64,000 bases of DNA. It comes from a bacterium. Lineage in GTDB: Bacteria > Verrucomicrobiota > Verrucomicrobiia > Limisphaerales > UBA11358. Shown here one piece after another: positions 34,514 through 43,254 of this stretch. Position numbers and translations under genes: made by a program. The stretch covers positions 9,524 through 73,523 of the forward strand of contig JAJXYT010000127.1 of the NCBI GenBank assembly GCA_021780375.1. The letters run 5' to 3'. A model generated the notes under the pieces. That model had not been told where the DNA came from. It made no database searches and saw only the letters and a program-made list of their open reading frames with translations. Within the stretch, counting starts at the first letter, position 1, and each line of letters starts with the position of its first letter.

Positions 34514-35506
34514 TTAATGGCTCTTTATAGATTCATTAAGATACGTAGCCAGCGAAGAGATTTGCATGTCTGACAGCGGGCCGCCGTCGGTACCGGAAAA
34601 CGCCGGCATCAGCGAACCGGGTTTGCCATGGGCGATCCAGATGCGCCAGAATTCGAAATTGGTCGGCGTTTTGAGCGCGTGCAAATCCGGCACCATCGTC
34701 GCGCGATGTGCACTGTCATGGCAAATGGCGCAATCGGCCTGGTAAAGTGCCTGGCCGTATTTGCCTTCACCCTGCCGGACATGGCACGTCGCGCATTCTG
34801 CCTTAAAGACCAACTGCCGATCGGCCACCGCCAGCTTCCGGTTGGTTTCACGCTCGGCTTCCGACATTTCAGGCATCTGGAAAGGCAGAATGGTGATTTT
34901 CAGCATCAAGGTTTTGGAACCTTTATCCGTATAGACCATCAATGTCTTGTACAACGTTCCAGTCGCAACATATAAGTTCACCGTTGCTTCGATCCGGCCG
35001 TTGGAGCCGGGCGCGAGGGTCCAGGGCAACGGCGGCAATTTTGTCGTGGTGCAGCCGCAGGACGGGCGCACACTCAAAATTGTGACCGGAGCCGGCGTCA
35101 CGGAATTTGTGACCGTGACCATGTTGGTGTGGCTGGTCACGCGGGCAATCCGGGTAATTTTTCTTCCAACCAGTCGCGCCCAAAAACTGGAATTGGTGAC
35201 CGTCGCGAAGTTGGTGACGCTGGTAATATTGGTGGCCAGGCCAAGATTAATTTGGGTTGCAACGTTGGTGAAACTGAAGACGAAATGTGCCGGCCCGGTA
35301 TTCGCGGTAACATTGGTTTCTTTCGTCGTCGCGTCCCAGGCCAGAACCCCATCGGGCAACGGCCCCGACGCGTGCGACAAATTCGGCACATAAACCGGCG
35401 GGGTGGCCACCGTGCTGTTGGATGGCTTGACCTCGGCAGCCACGAGGCCCGCGCCGGCCAGAATAATACCCGCAATCGCAAAAAGAAAATGACGGCTTGA
35501 TTTCAT
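34514..35506 (-). CDS. Secreted DUF1573-domain protein fused to a di-CxxCH c-type cytochrome-like module
   Basis: A signal peptide is present. The DUF1573 core is SVRPSCGCTTTKLPPLPWTLAPGSNGRIEATV. The C-terminus carries CATCH and CAICH motifs and ends in GSLMPAF. Confidence 0.7.
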   Translation of the reverse strand: MKSSRHFLFAIAGIILAGAGLVAAEVKPSNSTVATPPVYVPNLSHASGPLPDGVLAWDATTKETNVTANTGPAHFVFSFTNVATQINLGLATNITSVTNFATVTNSSFWARLVGRKITRIARVTSHTNMVTVTNSVTPAPVTILSVRPSCGCTTTKLPPLPWTLAPGSNGRIEATVNLYVATGTLYKTLMVYTDKGSKTLMLKITILPFQMPEMSEAERETNRKLAVADRQLVFKAECATCHVRQGEGKYGQALYQADCAICHDSAHRATMVPDLHALKTPTNFEFWRIWIAHGKPGSLMPAFSGTDGGPLSDMQISSLATYLNESIKSH

Positions 35507-35573
35507 AACAACGCCGAATGCTAAAAAGCCCGCCTTCGTTTGACGAGCAGGAAATGATTGAACTTCCGCCCAA

Positions 35574-37229
35574 TCACAACCGGTTTAACGCACTTAAAAC
35601 GGCGCGCACGGACGCCAGCTCAATGTTCGTATCCACACCCGCACCCCAGCGCGATTTGCCGTCGGCGGTTTTAATTTGGATGTAGGCAATCGCCGCGGCT
35701 TCCTCACCGGAACTCAAGGCGTGCTCGCTGTAAGCCGTGATCTCAAAACGCGGCCCGCCCGCTTTGTTGAATCCGTGCACCAACGCGGCCAGCGGGCCAT
35801 TGCCCTGCCCGGCCAGTTCCACCAGCTTCCCGTCGCGCAATAATTTCGCGCGGCATTTGACGATGCCATTTTTGCTCTCCGTTTCAAATTTCTTAAGCTG
35901 CCAGGGCGCCGTGCGCTCGAGGTATTCCTTCCAGAACATCTGTTTCAATTCGGCGGCGGTCACTTCGCGGCCCCGCTTGTCCACTTCATCATTGGCAATC
36001 GGACCGAACTCGCGCTGCAGGTCCTTGGGCAATTCGATGCCGAACTGGCTTTCCAGCAAATAGGCCACACCGCCTTTGCCGGACTGGCTGTTGACCCGGA
36101 TGACCTCGCGGTATTCGCGGCCGATGTCCGTCGGGTCAATCGTGAGATACGGCACATCCCAGTGCGTACGGCGGTTTTCCTTCCATTCATTCAATCCTTT
36201 GCGAATGGCGTCCTGGTGCGAACCGCTGAAGGCAGTGAAGACCAGTTCGCCCGCGTAAGGCTGGCGCGCCGGGACCGTCATGCCCGTGCAACGTTCGTAA
36301 ACCTCGATCAGTGAATTGAGGTCGGTAAAATCCAATTTCGGATCAATGCCGTGCTGGTAAAGGTTCAAGGCCACGGTCACGATGTCCAAATTGCCGGTGC
36401 GCTCGCCATTGCCGAATAACGTGCCTTCGACGCGTTCCGCGCCCGCGAGCAGGCCAAGTTCCGTCGCCGCCACGCCGGTGCTGCGGTCGTTGTGCGTGTG
36501 GACGCTGACAACCAGCGAATCACGGTTTTTGATGTTCCGGCAAATCCATTCGACCTGGTCGGCATAAACGTTCGGCATCGCGACTTCCACCGTGTCCGGC
36601 AAGTTTAAAATCATCTTCCGCTTCGGCGTCGGTTGCCAGATCTCCATGACGGCTTCGGAAATTTCCTTCGCAAATTCCACTTCGGTCGCGGAAAAACTTT
36701 CCGGCGAATACTGGAGCAGGATTTCCGTGCCCTTGAGCCGCGGCAAACGGTCCTTGATCCACTGCGCGCCGCGCACGGCGACTTCGATAATTTCTTTCTC
36801 CGATTTGCTGAAGACGACGCGGCGTTGCGCGGGCGAGGTTGAGTTATAAAGGTGAATGATGGCCCGCTTCGCGCCGAGGAGCGATTCCACCGTGCGCTCG
36901 ATCAAATCCTCACGCGCCTGCACGAGCACCTGGAGCCAGACGTCCTCCGGCGCGCGATTTTCCTCGATGAGCCGGCGGTTGAACGCAAACTCGGTGTTCG
37001 ACGCGGAGGGAAAGCCAATTTCGATTTCCTTGAAACCGGTTTTCACCAGCGTCTGGAACAACTCCAACTTCTGCGAAACGTTCATCGGCACGGCGAGCGC
37101 CTGGTTGCCGTCGCGCAAGTCCACGCTGCACCAGCGCGGCGCGTGGCTGAGGACGCGGTTCGGCCACTGCCGGTCAGGCAAACTGACCGGCGGAAACGGA
37201 CGGTATTTCTTCGACGGATTCTTGTGCAT
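35574..37229 (-). CDS. leuA: 2-isopropylmalate synthase (long, LeuA type 2)
   Basis: Supported by RWCSVDLRDGNQAL, SVHTHNDRSTGVA, and a C-terminal regulatory domain. Start is set at MHKNPSKKYRPF (37229). Confidence 0.9.
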   Translation of the reverse strand: MHKNPSKKYRPFPPVSLPDRQWPNRVLSHAPRWCSVDLRDGNQALAVPMNVSQKLELFQTLVKTGFKEIEIGFPSASNTEFAFNRRLIEENRAPEDVWLQVLVQAREDLIERTVESLLGAKRAIIHLYNSTSPAQRRVVFSKSEKEIIEVAVRGAQWIKDRLPRLKGTEILLQYSPESFSATEVEFAKEISEAVMEIWQPTPKRKMILNLPDTVEVAMPNVYADQVEWICRNIKNRDSLVVSVHTHNDRSTGVAATELGLLAGAERVEGTLFGNGERTGNLDIVTVALNLYQHGIDPKLDFTDLNSLIEVYERCTGMTVPARQPYAGELVFTAFSGSHQDAIRKGLNEWKENRRTHWDVPYLTIDPTDIGREYREVIRVNSQSGKGGVAYLLESQFGIELPKDLQREFGPIANDEVDKRGREVTAAELKQMFWKEYLERTAPWQLKKFETESKNGIVKCRAKLLRDGKLVELAGQGNGPLAALVHGFNKAGGPRFEITAYSEHALSSGEEAAAIAYIQIKTADGKSRWGAGVDTNIELASVRAVLSALNRL

Positions 37230-37267
37230 GTTGTCTTTCAGTTGTGGCAGTGGCGCTTCCGTTTGGC

Positions 37268-37303
37268 AAAACAAAAACCCCACCGCCGGTTTGGCAGTGG
37301 GGT
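37268..37303 (-). terminator. Rho-independent terminator for the small minus-strand gene ending at 37325
   Basis: On the minus strand the sequence reads CCCCACTGCC-AAAC-CGGCGGTGGGG followed by TTTTTGTTTT. Confidence 0.55.
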
Positions 37304-37324
37304 TCGCTAAAACTTATCAATGAA

Positions 37325-37810
37325 TCAGAACCCGACCGCCGCGCGGCACAACCGCAGCGCGTTCAGCAGCAGGTTCAGATTTAAATGACGATTCACTGGC
37401 ACCATCATAGCCACTCGGGTTCCGGGGGTCAAATCGTTTTTCTTCCTTTCAAAACACCCTTTTTCTCCGTGCCAGGCCACGTTCACATGCAGGGTGGAAT
37501 CCAACCGTGGAACGAGCAGACAGATGGCACGGTTCATTTCGGCCACATTTTCAAATTCGCATTTGATTCTTTCCCCGTGCCGCACGACCAGATTCAGCCG
37601 TCCGGCCTTTCCGATGGCCACAAACCGGGACGGCGCTTCCACGGCGGCATCACGAATTTCGGCCAGATTCAACTTGAAGTTGGCCTTGCTTTCACGCAGC
37701 AATTCCTCTGGATCCTTGTTTTCCAACCGGCGCCGCTTCGCTTTGGTTTCCCGAATTGTTTTCCCGCTTGCTTTCCGCGGTCGGTTGAGAAAACACTCGC
37801 TTTCATGCAA
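37325..37810 (-). CDS. Hypothetical small protein (start uncertain, possibly TTG at 37810)
   Basis: The C-terminal ~160 codons of the 346-aa track ORF read like a natural protein (KDPEELLRESKANFKLNLAEIRDAAVEAPSRFVAIGKAGRLNLVVRHGERIKCEFENVAEMNRAICLLVPRL...). A good terminator follows. The rest of that ORF is antisense shadow of GH31. Confidence 0.35.
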   Translation of the reverse strand: MHESECFLNRPRKASGKTIRETKAKRRRLENKDPEELLRESKANFKLNLAEIRDAAVEAPSRFVAIGKAGRLNLVVRHGERIKCEFENVAEMNRAICLLVPRLDSTLHVNVAWHGEKGCFERKKNDLTPGTRVAMMVPVNRHLNLNLLLNALRLCRAAVGF

Positions 37811-40186
37811 TCCAAACCAGGTTCTCCCACCGGCAGGATTCCCATCTTCAAACGACAGTGGCCTGAACCGCTCGCCATCACTCTTGCCGCGATCGCCACG
37901 GCCCTCCTGCCGGCCTGCCGCACCACCACGCCAGTGTCCGACGTGCGGAAGGAATCGGATGGCGTGGCGCTCGCGACACCAGCCGGCGTGACGCGGTTGC
38001 AGGTGTGGTCGGACCGCATTATTCGCGTAACGTTCGCGCCGGGAACGGAATTGCCCGCGGAGAAAAGCCTGTGCGTCATTGCCAGGCCCACGCCAACGAA
38101 ATGGTCGCTGTCCAAGTCGCCCGACACCGTGATGCTGCAAACAGATGCGTTGCAGGTGCGCCTGGACCGCCAGACCGGCGCCGTCGGATTTTACGATTTG
38201 AAAGGCCATCCCATTTTGCAGGAGGCAGCGGGTGGAGCGGGAATTCCCCCGGCACCCGGCGCGTCGGGCGCGCGGCAATCGTTCGTCCTCGCGCCGGACG
38301 AGGCGATTTTCGGCCTCGGCCAGCACCAGCGCGGCGTCTGGAATTATCGCGGCAAGACGGTGCACCTGCAGCAGAAGAACATGGAAGTGGCGATTCCGGT
38401 GCTCGTCTCGTCCAGGGGTTATGGTGTGCTCTGGGACAACCCCGCCATCACTGAGGTGGACGCGGGAAAAACTGACGCGGGCATTTTGTCGTGGACATCA
38501 GAGGCAGGGAAGGCGGTGGATTATTATTTCATGTTTGGCCCGGCGGCGGACGGGGTGATCCGGGATTATCGCGCGCTGACGGGCGCGGCGCCGATGATGG
38601 GCCGGTGGGTCTGGGGTTTCTGGCAATCCAAGGAGCATTACGCCAGCCAGGAGGAACTGACGAACGTGGTCGCCGCCTATCGAAAACTCCAGGTGCCCTT
38701 GGACGGAATCATTCAGGACTGGCAATACTGGCCGAAGGACGGCTGGGGCTCGCACCAGTTCGATCCGGCGCGCTATCCGGATCCGGCGGAGATGATTCGC
38801 GACCTCCACGCGATGCACGCGCATGTGATGATTTCCGTCTGGCCGAAATTCGACGTGGGCACGGCGAACTGCAAGGAACTGGAACGCGCCGGCGCGCTTT
38901 ATGCGCCGGTGCTGCGCAGTGTCTATCCGCCGGGCTGGCAGAAATGGTATGACCCGTTCAACCCGATTGGCCGGCGGATTTACTGGCAGCAGATTTCCAA
39001 AGACCTGTTTCAACCCGGCATTGACGCCTGGTGGCTGGACGCGTCGGAACCGGAATTAAGCGGGCATTGGGGCGAGTTCCGCACATTCCAAACGGCACTC
39101 GGCCCCGGCTCAAACGTGTTCAACGCCTATCCCCTGATGCACACGGCGGCGATTTATCAGGGCCAGCGCGCGGCAACCGACCAAAAGCGCGTCTGCATCC
39201 TCACGCGCTCGGCCTGGGCCGGCCAGCAACGCAACGCCGCCATCACCTGGTCGGGCGACATTCAGGGGCGATGGAACGTCTTCGCCCGTCAAATTCCCGC
39301 CGGGTTGAATTTTTCCATCAGCGGCATCCCCTATTGGAACACCGACATTGGCGGTTTCTTCGGCCGGAAAACGACGGACAAAGAGTATCAGGAACTGTTC
39401 ACGCGCTGGTTCCAATTTGGCGCCTTCTGTCCCATGTTCCGGGTGCATGGCACGGTGGCGCCGAAAGAATTGTGGCGCTGGGATGAGCCAACGCAAAAAA
39501 TCTGGGAGAAGTTCGTGGACCTCCGCTACCGGCTGCTGCCTTATATTTATTCCGTCTCGTGGCAGGTCACGAGTGATGGCGGTACGATGATGCGCCCCCT
39601 GGTGATGGATTTCGCGGACGACCCGCAGGCGCTCGACATCGGCAACCAATATCTCTTTGGCCCGGCGTTGATGGTTTGTCCGGTCACACAACCGGGAGCG
39701 ACCAACTGGAGCGTTTATCTGCCGAAGCAAAACACCTGGTACGATTTTTGGACCGGCCGGCGGATCGCCGGCGGCCAGCGCGTGGATGCGGCGGCGCCGA
39801 TTGATTCACTGCCCTTATTTGTGCGCGCGGGCGCCATCGTACCGATGGGGCCAGTCGTGCAATACGCCGCCGAAACGCCGGACGCCCCGCTGGAAATCCG
39901 CATTTATCGCGGCGCGGACGGCAAGTTCACGTTATATAACGACGAAGGTGACAATTACGACTATGAAAAAGGCGAATACTCGACAATTCCTCTCACATGG
40001 AATGACTCAACGGGAACGCTGACCCTGGGACCGCGCCGGGGAGAATTTCCCGGCATGGCAACTGAGCGGACCTTCCGCATCGTATTCGTTGGCGCAGGAC
40101 ATGGCAATGGTGTTGCCGAGACTGAATCTCCCGATGCCGTTGTGAAATACACCGGCGATCCAGCCACGGTGAAGGCGGAGCAATGA
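37805..40186 (+). CDS. Glycoside hydrolase family 31 (alpha-xylosidase/alpha-glucosidase-like) lipoprotein
   Basis: Supported by WGFWQSKEHYASQEEL, DGIIQDWQYW, GIDAWWLDASEPE and WSGDI. A lipobox-like LLPAC follows the ATG at 37805. Confidence 0.9.
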   Translation: MQSKPGSPTGRIPIFKRQWPEPLAITLAAIATALLPACRTTTPVSDVRKESDGVALATPAGVTRLQVWSDRIIRVTFAPGTELPAEKSLCVIARPTPTKWSLSKSPDTVMLQTDALQVRLDRQTGAVGFYDLKGHPILQEAAGGAGIPPAPGASGARQSFVLAPDEAIFGLGQHQRGVWNYRGKTVHLQQKNMEVAIPVLVSSRGYGVLWDNPAITEVDAGKTDAGILSWTSEAGKAVDYYFMFGPAADGVIRDYRALTGAAPMMGRWVWGFWQSKEHYASQEELTNVVAAYRKLQVPLDGIIQDWQYWPKDGWGSHQFDPARYPDPAEMIRDLHAMHAHVMISVWPKFDVGTANCKELERAGALYAPVLRSVYPPGWQKWYDPFNPIGRRIYWQQISKDLFQPGIDAWWLDASEPELSGHWGEFRTFQTALGPGSNVFNAYPLMHTAAIYQGQRAATDQKRVCILTRSAWAGQQRNAAITWSGDIQGRWNVFARQIPAGLNFSISGIPYWNTDIGGFFGRKTTDKEYQELFTRWFQFGAFCPMFRVHGTVAPKELWRWDEPTQKIWEKFVDLRYRLLPYIYSVSWQVTSDGGTMMRPLVMDFADDPQALDIGNQYLFGPALMVCPVTQPGATNWSVYLPKQNTWYDFWTGRRIAGGQRVDAAAPIDSLPLFVRAGAIVPMGPVVQYAAETPDAPLEIRIYRGADGKFTLYNDEGDNYDYEKGEYSTIPLTWNDSTGTLTLGPRRGEFPGMATERTFRIVFVGAGHGNGVAETESPDAVVKYTGDPATVKAEQ

Positions 40187-40194
40187 TGTGAACG

Positions 40195-40219
40195 AAATCA
40201 ACCCCTGAGGTTTGATTTT
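40195..40219 (+). terminator. Possible rho-independent terminator after GH31
   Basis: AAATCAACC-CCTGA-GGTTTGATTTT has a stem with one bulge and a short T-run. Confidence 0.4.
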
Positions 40220-40304
40220 CCGGGACCGGATCCTCAAAGAAAAGCAGGGAGCCGGATTTTCACGCTTGCTTCTTTCCAACCATCGCCGGGAGACTGGCGT
40301 GTCT

Positions 40305-40673
40305 ATGGCTTGGAAACGCAAAATCTCCGGCGGCACTTTGGCAACGATCGGTTACGTGCTCTCGCCGCTCTCATGGTGGAATGATGCCTTCGTGAACATT
40401 CCCCTCGCGCTGGTCTTTGCCTGGCTGGTGAGTTTCTTTTACAAGCCGGCGTTCACCGCGAGCTTGATCGTCGGTTACTGGCTGACGAACGTGCTTGGCC
40501 TGGTGCTCCTGCACAAGGGCGCGCGGCAGATGTTTTCGGAAAAACCGCCGCCGGACTCACGCCGGGAATTATGGACAGACGTGGTGGTTTCGTTGATTTA
40601 CACCGCCATCGTCATCGCCTTGGTCAAACTGGAAATTCTCAAGCCGTTCGCCGCTTATTTCAAAAGCGATTGA
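40305..40673 (+). CDS. Small integral membrane protein, unknown function
   Basis: The 122-aa product from ATG 40305 has 3-4 hydrophobic segments (e.g. LATIGYVLSPLSWW, IPLALVFAWLVSFF, VVVSLIYTAIVIALV). Confidence 0.5.
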   Translation: MAWKRKISGGTLATIGYVLSPLSWWNDAFVNIPLALVFAWLVSFFYKPAFTASLIVGYWLTNVLGLVLLHKGARQMFSEKPPPDSRRELWTDVVVSLIYTAIVIALVKLEILKPFAAYFKSD

Positions 40674-40676
40674 ATT

Positions 40677-41903
40677 TCAGCATCCGATAAACGCGGCGTG
40701 GACCGCCTGCATCGCCTGTTCCCCCTTGGCCAGATCAATCACCACGGAGACTTTGATTTCACTGGTGGAAATCATGTCAATGTTCACCCCTTCGTTGGCC
40801 AGCGTCTCAAACAGCTTGGCGGCCACGCCAGTGTGGCTGCGCATGCCAACGCCGACGATGGAGAGTTTGCCGATCTTTTCAGTGGCAATCACGTCGCGGA
40901 AGCCGAGCTCCTTTTTCAAGCCGTCGATGACCTTTTGCGCTTTGAGCAAGTCCGGCTTGTCCACCGTGAACGAAAGGTCGGTGGCCCCGACCTTGTCGAG
41001 GCTGCCGTGGCTGATGTTTTGGACAATCATGTCCACGTTGACCGTCGCGTCGCCCAGTGCCTTGAAAATGCGGGCCGCCACGCCGGGTTTGTCCGGCACG
41101 CCGACGAGCGTGACCTTCGCCTGGTTTTTGTCGAGTGAAACGCCGCGCACCACGACGTCTTCCATGCTTTTGGTTTCTTCTTTCACAACGGTTCCGGGAT
41201 TGTCATTCAAGCTGGAGCGAACTTCAAACACGACGTCAAATTTTTTCGCGAATTCCACCGAACGGCTCTGCATCACTTTCGCACCCAGACTGGCGAGTTC
41301 AAGCATTTCGTCGTAGGAAATTTCCTCCAGTTTCTTCGCCTCCTTTACAATGCGCGGGTCGGCGGTGTAAACGCCGTCCACATCCGTGTAAATCTGGCAC
41401 AGGTCGGCCTGGAGCGCCGCCGCCAGCGCAATGGCCGTCAAATCCGAACCCCCGCGGCCCAGCGTCGTAATCTGGCCTTCCGGCGTTTCGCCTTGAAAAC
41501 CGGCGACGATAACGACGTTGCCCTGCTTCAAAAGCTCGCGGACCTTTTTCGGCGTGAGGTTGTGAATTTTCGCCTTGGTATGCACGCCGTCGGTCACGAT
41601 GCCCGCCTGCGCCCCGGTGAGTGAAACCGCCGGCACGTTCAACGAATGCAGCGCGATCGCCGTCAGCGCAATGGTCTGTTGTTCGCCGGTTGCCAGCAAC
41701 ACATCCATTTCGCGTTCACTCGGCAACGGCGCAATGTCCTTGGCTAATTTGATCAAACCATCCGTCACGCCGCTCATGGCCGAAACCACGACGACGACCC
41801 GGTCGCCCCGCGAACGATATTCCGCCACCCGCCGGGCGACATTTTTAATACGGTCGGGGTTGCCAACCGACGTCCCGCCGTATTTTTGAACGATCAAGGC
41901 CAT
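40677..41903 (-). CDS. lysC: Aspartate kinase
   Basis: MALIVQKYGGTSVGNPDRIKNVARRV... and VVVVSAMSGVTD are present, with two C-terminal ACT domains. Start is set at ATG 41903. Confidence 0.9.
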   Translation of the reverse strand: MALIVQKYGGTSVGNPDRIKNVARRVAEYRSRGDRVVVVVSAMSGVTDGLIKLAKDIAPLPSEREMDVLLATGEQQTIALTAIALHSLNVPAVSLTGAQAGIVTDGVHTKAKIHNLTPKKVRELLKQGNVVIVAGFQGETPEGQITTLGRGGSDLTAIALAAALQADLCQIYTDVDGVYTADPRIVKEAKKLEEISYDEMLELASLGAKVMQSRSVEFAKKFDVVFEVRSSLNDNPGTVVKEETKSMEDVVVRGVSLDKNQAKVTLVGVPDKPGVAARIFKALGDATVNVDMIVQNISHGSLDKVGATDLSFTVDKPDLLKAQKVIDGLKKELGFRDVIATEKIGKLSIVGVGMRSHTGVAAKLFETLANEGVNIDMISTSEIKVSVVIDLAKGEQAMQAVHAAFIGC

Positions 41904-42248
41904 GGTTTCTTCTGCTGCGCCAAATTTGACTTTCCCGCCGGCTATTATTTTTTTTGAGCGGTCGCGAAGGATAGCAATTTTGCCGTGATTGGCAAGGCGT
42001 GGAAAATTAAAGTGATGTTCTGATTCGGGTTGCCGTGCCGGCGTTGTTCGCTGATTTATTCGAGCCCTGGTTTCGAAGCGGCAACCAATCACGACGCTGC
42101 CCGCTATTTGCGTCCGGTAAAATATTTCGTTATTTGGATAAAAATTCCGAGCACAACCATCGAAGGTGGACTATGTTGGTTTAGAAATGGCGCTTGCACT
42201 AAAGTAAGTTTGCCAAAAGCAAAAAAGCATGAAAAGAAAGGACAGGTT

Positions 42249-42554
42249 ATGACCAACGAAGCAAACATGGAAAAACTCGGCTCGGAGTTGAAGGAGTTGT
42301 CGAGCGACGCGGAGGCGATGTTGCAGGCTACCGCCGGACAGACCGGGGAAAAAATGAGCGAGCTGCGTCATCGTTTGTCCACGGCCCTCAACTCAGCCAA
42401 AGCCACGTACCATCGGATTCAAGAAAAGACCGTGGCCGGTGCGAAGGTCGCGGACAAAACGATCCGCGAACATCCGTACGAATCCATCGGCATCGCGGCG
42501 GGCGTGGCCTTTGGCCTGGGACTGTTGATCGGCGTGCTGGCCGGTCGCAAGTAA
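42249..42554 (+). CDS. DUF883/ElaB-YqjD-family membrane-anchored protein
   Basis: The 101-aa product has a coiled N-terminal part and a C-terminal HPYESIGIAAGVAFGLGLLIGVLAGRK anchor typical of ElaB/YqjD. Confidence 0.7.
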   Translation: MTNEANMEKLGSELKELSSDAEAMLQATAGQTGEKMSELRHRLSTALNSAKATYHRIQEKTVAGAKVADKTIREHPYESIGIAAGVAFGLGLLIGVLAGRK

Positions 42555-42558
42555 GTTC

Positions 42559-42945
42559 ATGGGCAACACGCCTCAGGCCGAGGGTGGCATTCTGGCCACC
42601 CTCACGCGAATGCTAAAGACACTGCGCGACGTGGTGGAAAACCGCGTCGAACTCTTTCTCGTCGAATGGCGGGAGGAACGGCTGCGGTTGATGGAGTTGC
42701 TGCTGCTGTTGCTGGCCGGGACGGTGTGTGCGTTGATGGCGCTGCTCATGATCACGCTCGCGGTCGTGGCGTTTTTCTGGGACACGCACCGCCTGCTGGT
42801 GCTGACGCTGATTATTCTGGCCTACGCCGGCGCGGCGGCAGCGGCGTTTGGAACGCTGCGCTCCCGGCTCCGGCGGTGGCGGGCCTTTGCCGCCACGCTG
42901 GAACAAATCAGGAAGGACCAGGCATGTTTCAAGGAAAAGAGTTAG
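42559..42945 (+). CDS. YqjE-like (DUF1469/holin-X-like) membrane protein
   Basis: Two TM segments are present. Its position directly after a YqjD-like gene resembles the E. coli yqjD-yqjE-yqjK arrangement (from memory). Confidence 0.55.
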   Translation: MGNTPQAEGGILATLTRMLKTLRDVVENRVELFLVEWREERLRLMELLLLLLAGTVCALMALLMITLAVVAFFWDTHRLLVLTLIILAYAGAAAAAFGTLRSRLRRWRAFAATLEQIRKDQACFKEKS

Positions 42946-43241
42946 AGCAACTCCGGTTCCAGAAGGAGCAGCTCGTATCCCAAAGCGACGCCCACCGGCA
43001 ACGGTTGCTGGACGACTGGCGACGGCTTCAATCGTCGGAGGTTTGGCTGGATGAAATCCTTGGCTTCGTGCGCCGTCATCCCTGGTGGAGCGCGGGGCTG
43101 GCCGCGGCCGCGGGGGCTTTGACGGTCAAGACCTTGCGCCGACCCCGCACCATCATAAACGGAATTGGCCGGCTGGGAAAAATGGTTCCCTTGGCGCTGT
43201 CAGTTTGGAGATTGCTCCGAAGAAAAAGACGGCAATCATAA
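42924..43241 (+). CDS. YqjK-like small protein
   Basis: ATG at 42924 overlaps the end of the previous gene. The product MFQGKELEQLRFQKEQLVSQSDAHRQRLLDDW... is a coiled coil plus a hydrophobic segment. Confidence 0.45.
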   Translation: MFQGKELEQLRFQKEQLVSQSDAHRQRLLDDWRRLQSSEVWLDEILGFVRRHPWWSAGLAAAAGALTVKTLRRPRTIINGIGRLGKMVPLALSVWRLLRRKRRQS

Positions 43242-43254
43242 TTCAGCCGGGCCG

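Noticed and set aside
37385-37804. 140-codon N-terminal extension of the GH31 ORF
   Set aside because: The sequence is unnatural and His/Phe/Pro-rich. A lipoprotein signal begins at the internal ATG 37805, and the opposite strand carries a better candidate gene with its own terminator.
41904-42248. Looked for a lysine riboswitch (L-box) or attenuator in the long lysC leader
   Set aside because: I could not recognise the conserved L-box helices or core motifs by eye, and no leader peptide with Lys/Thr runs or terminator U-tract is present. Only a generic long-range stem was seen. A covariance-model scan would be needed.
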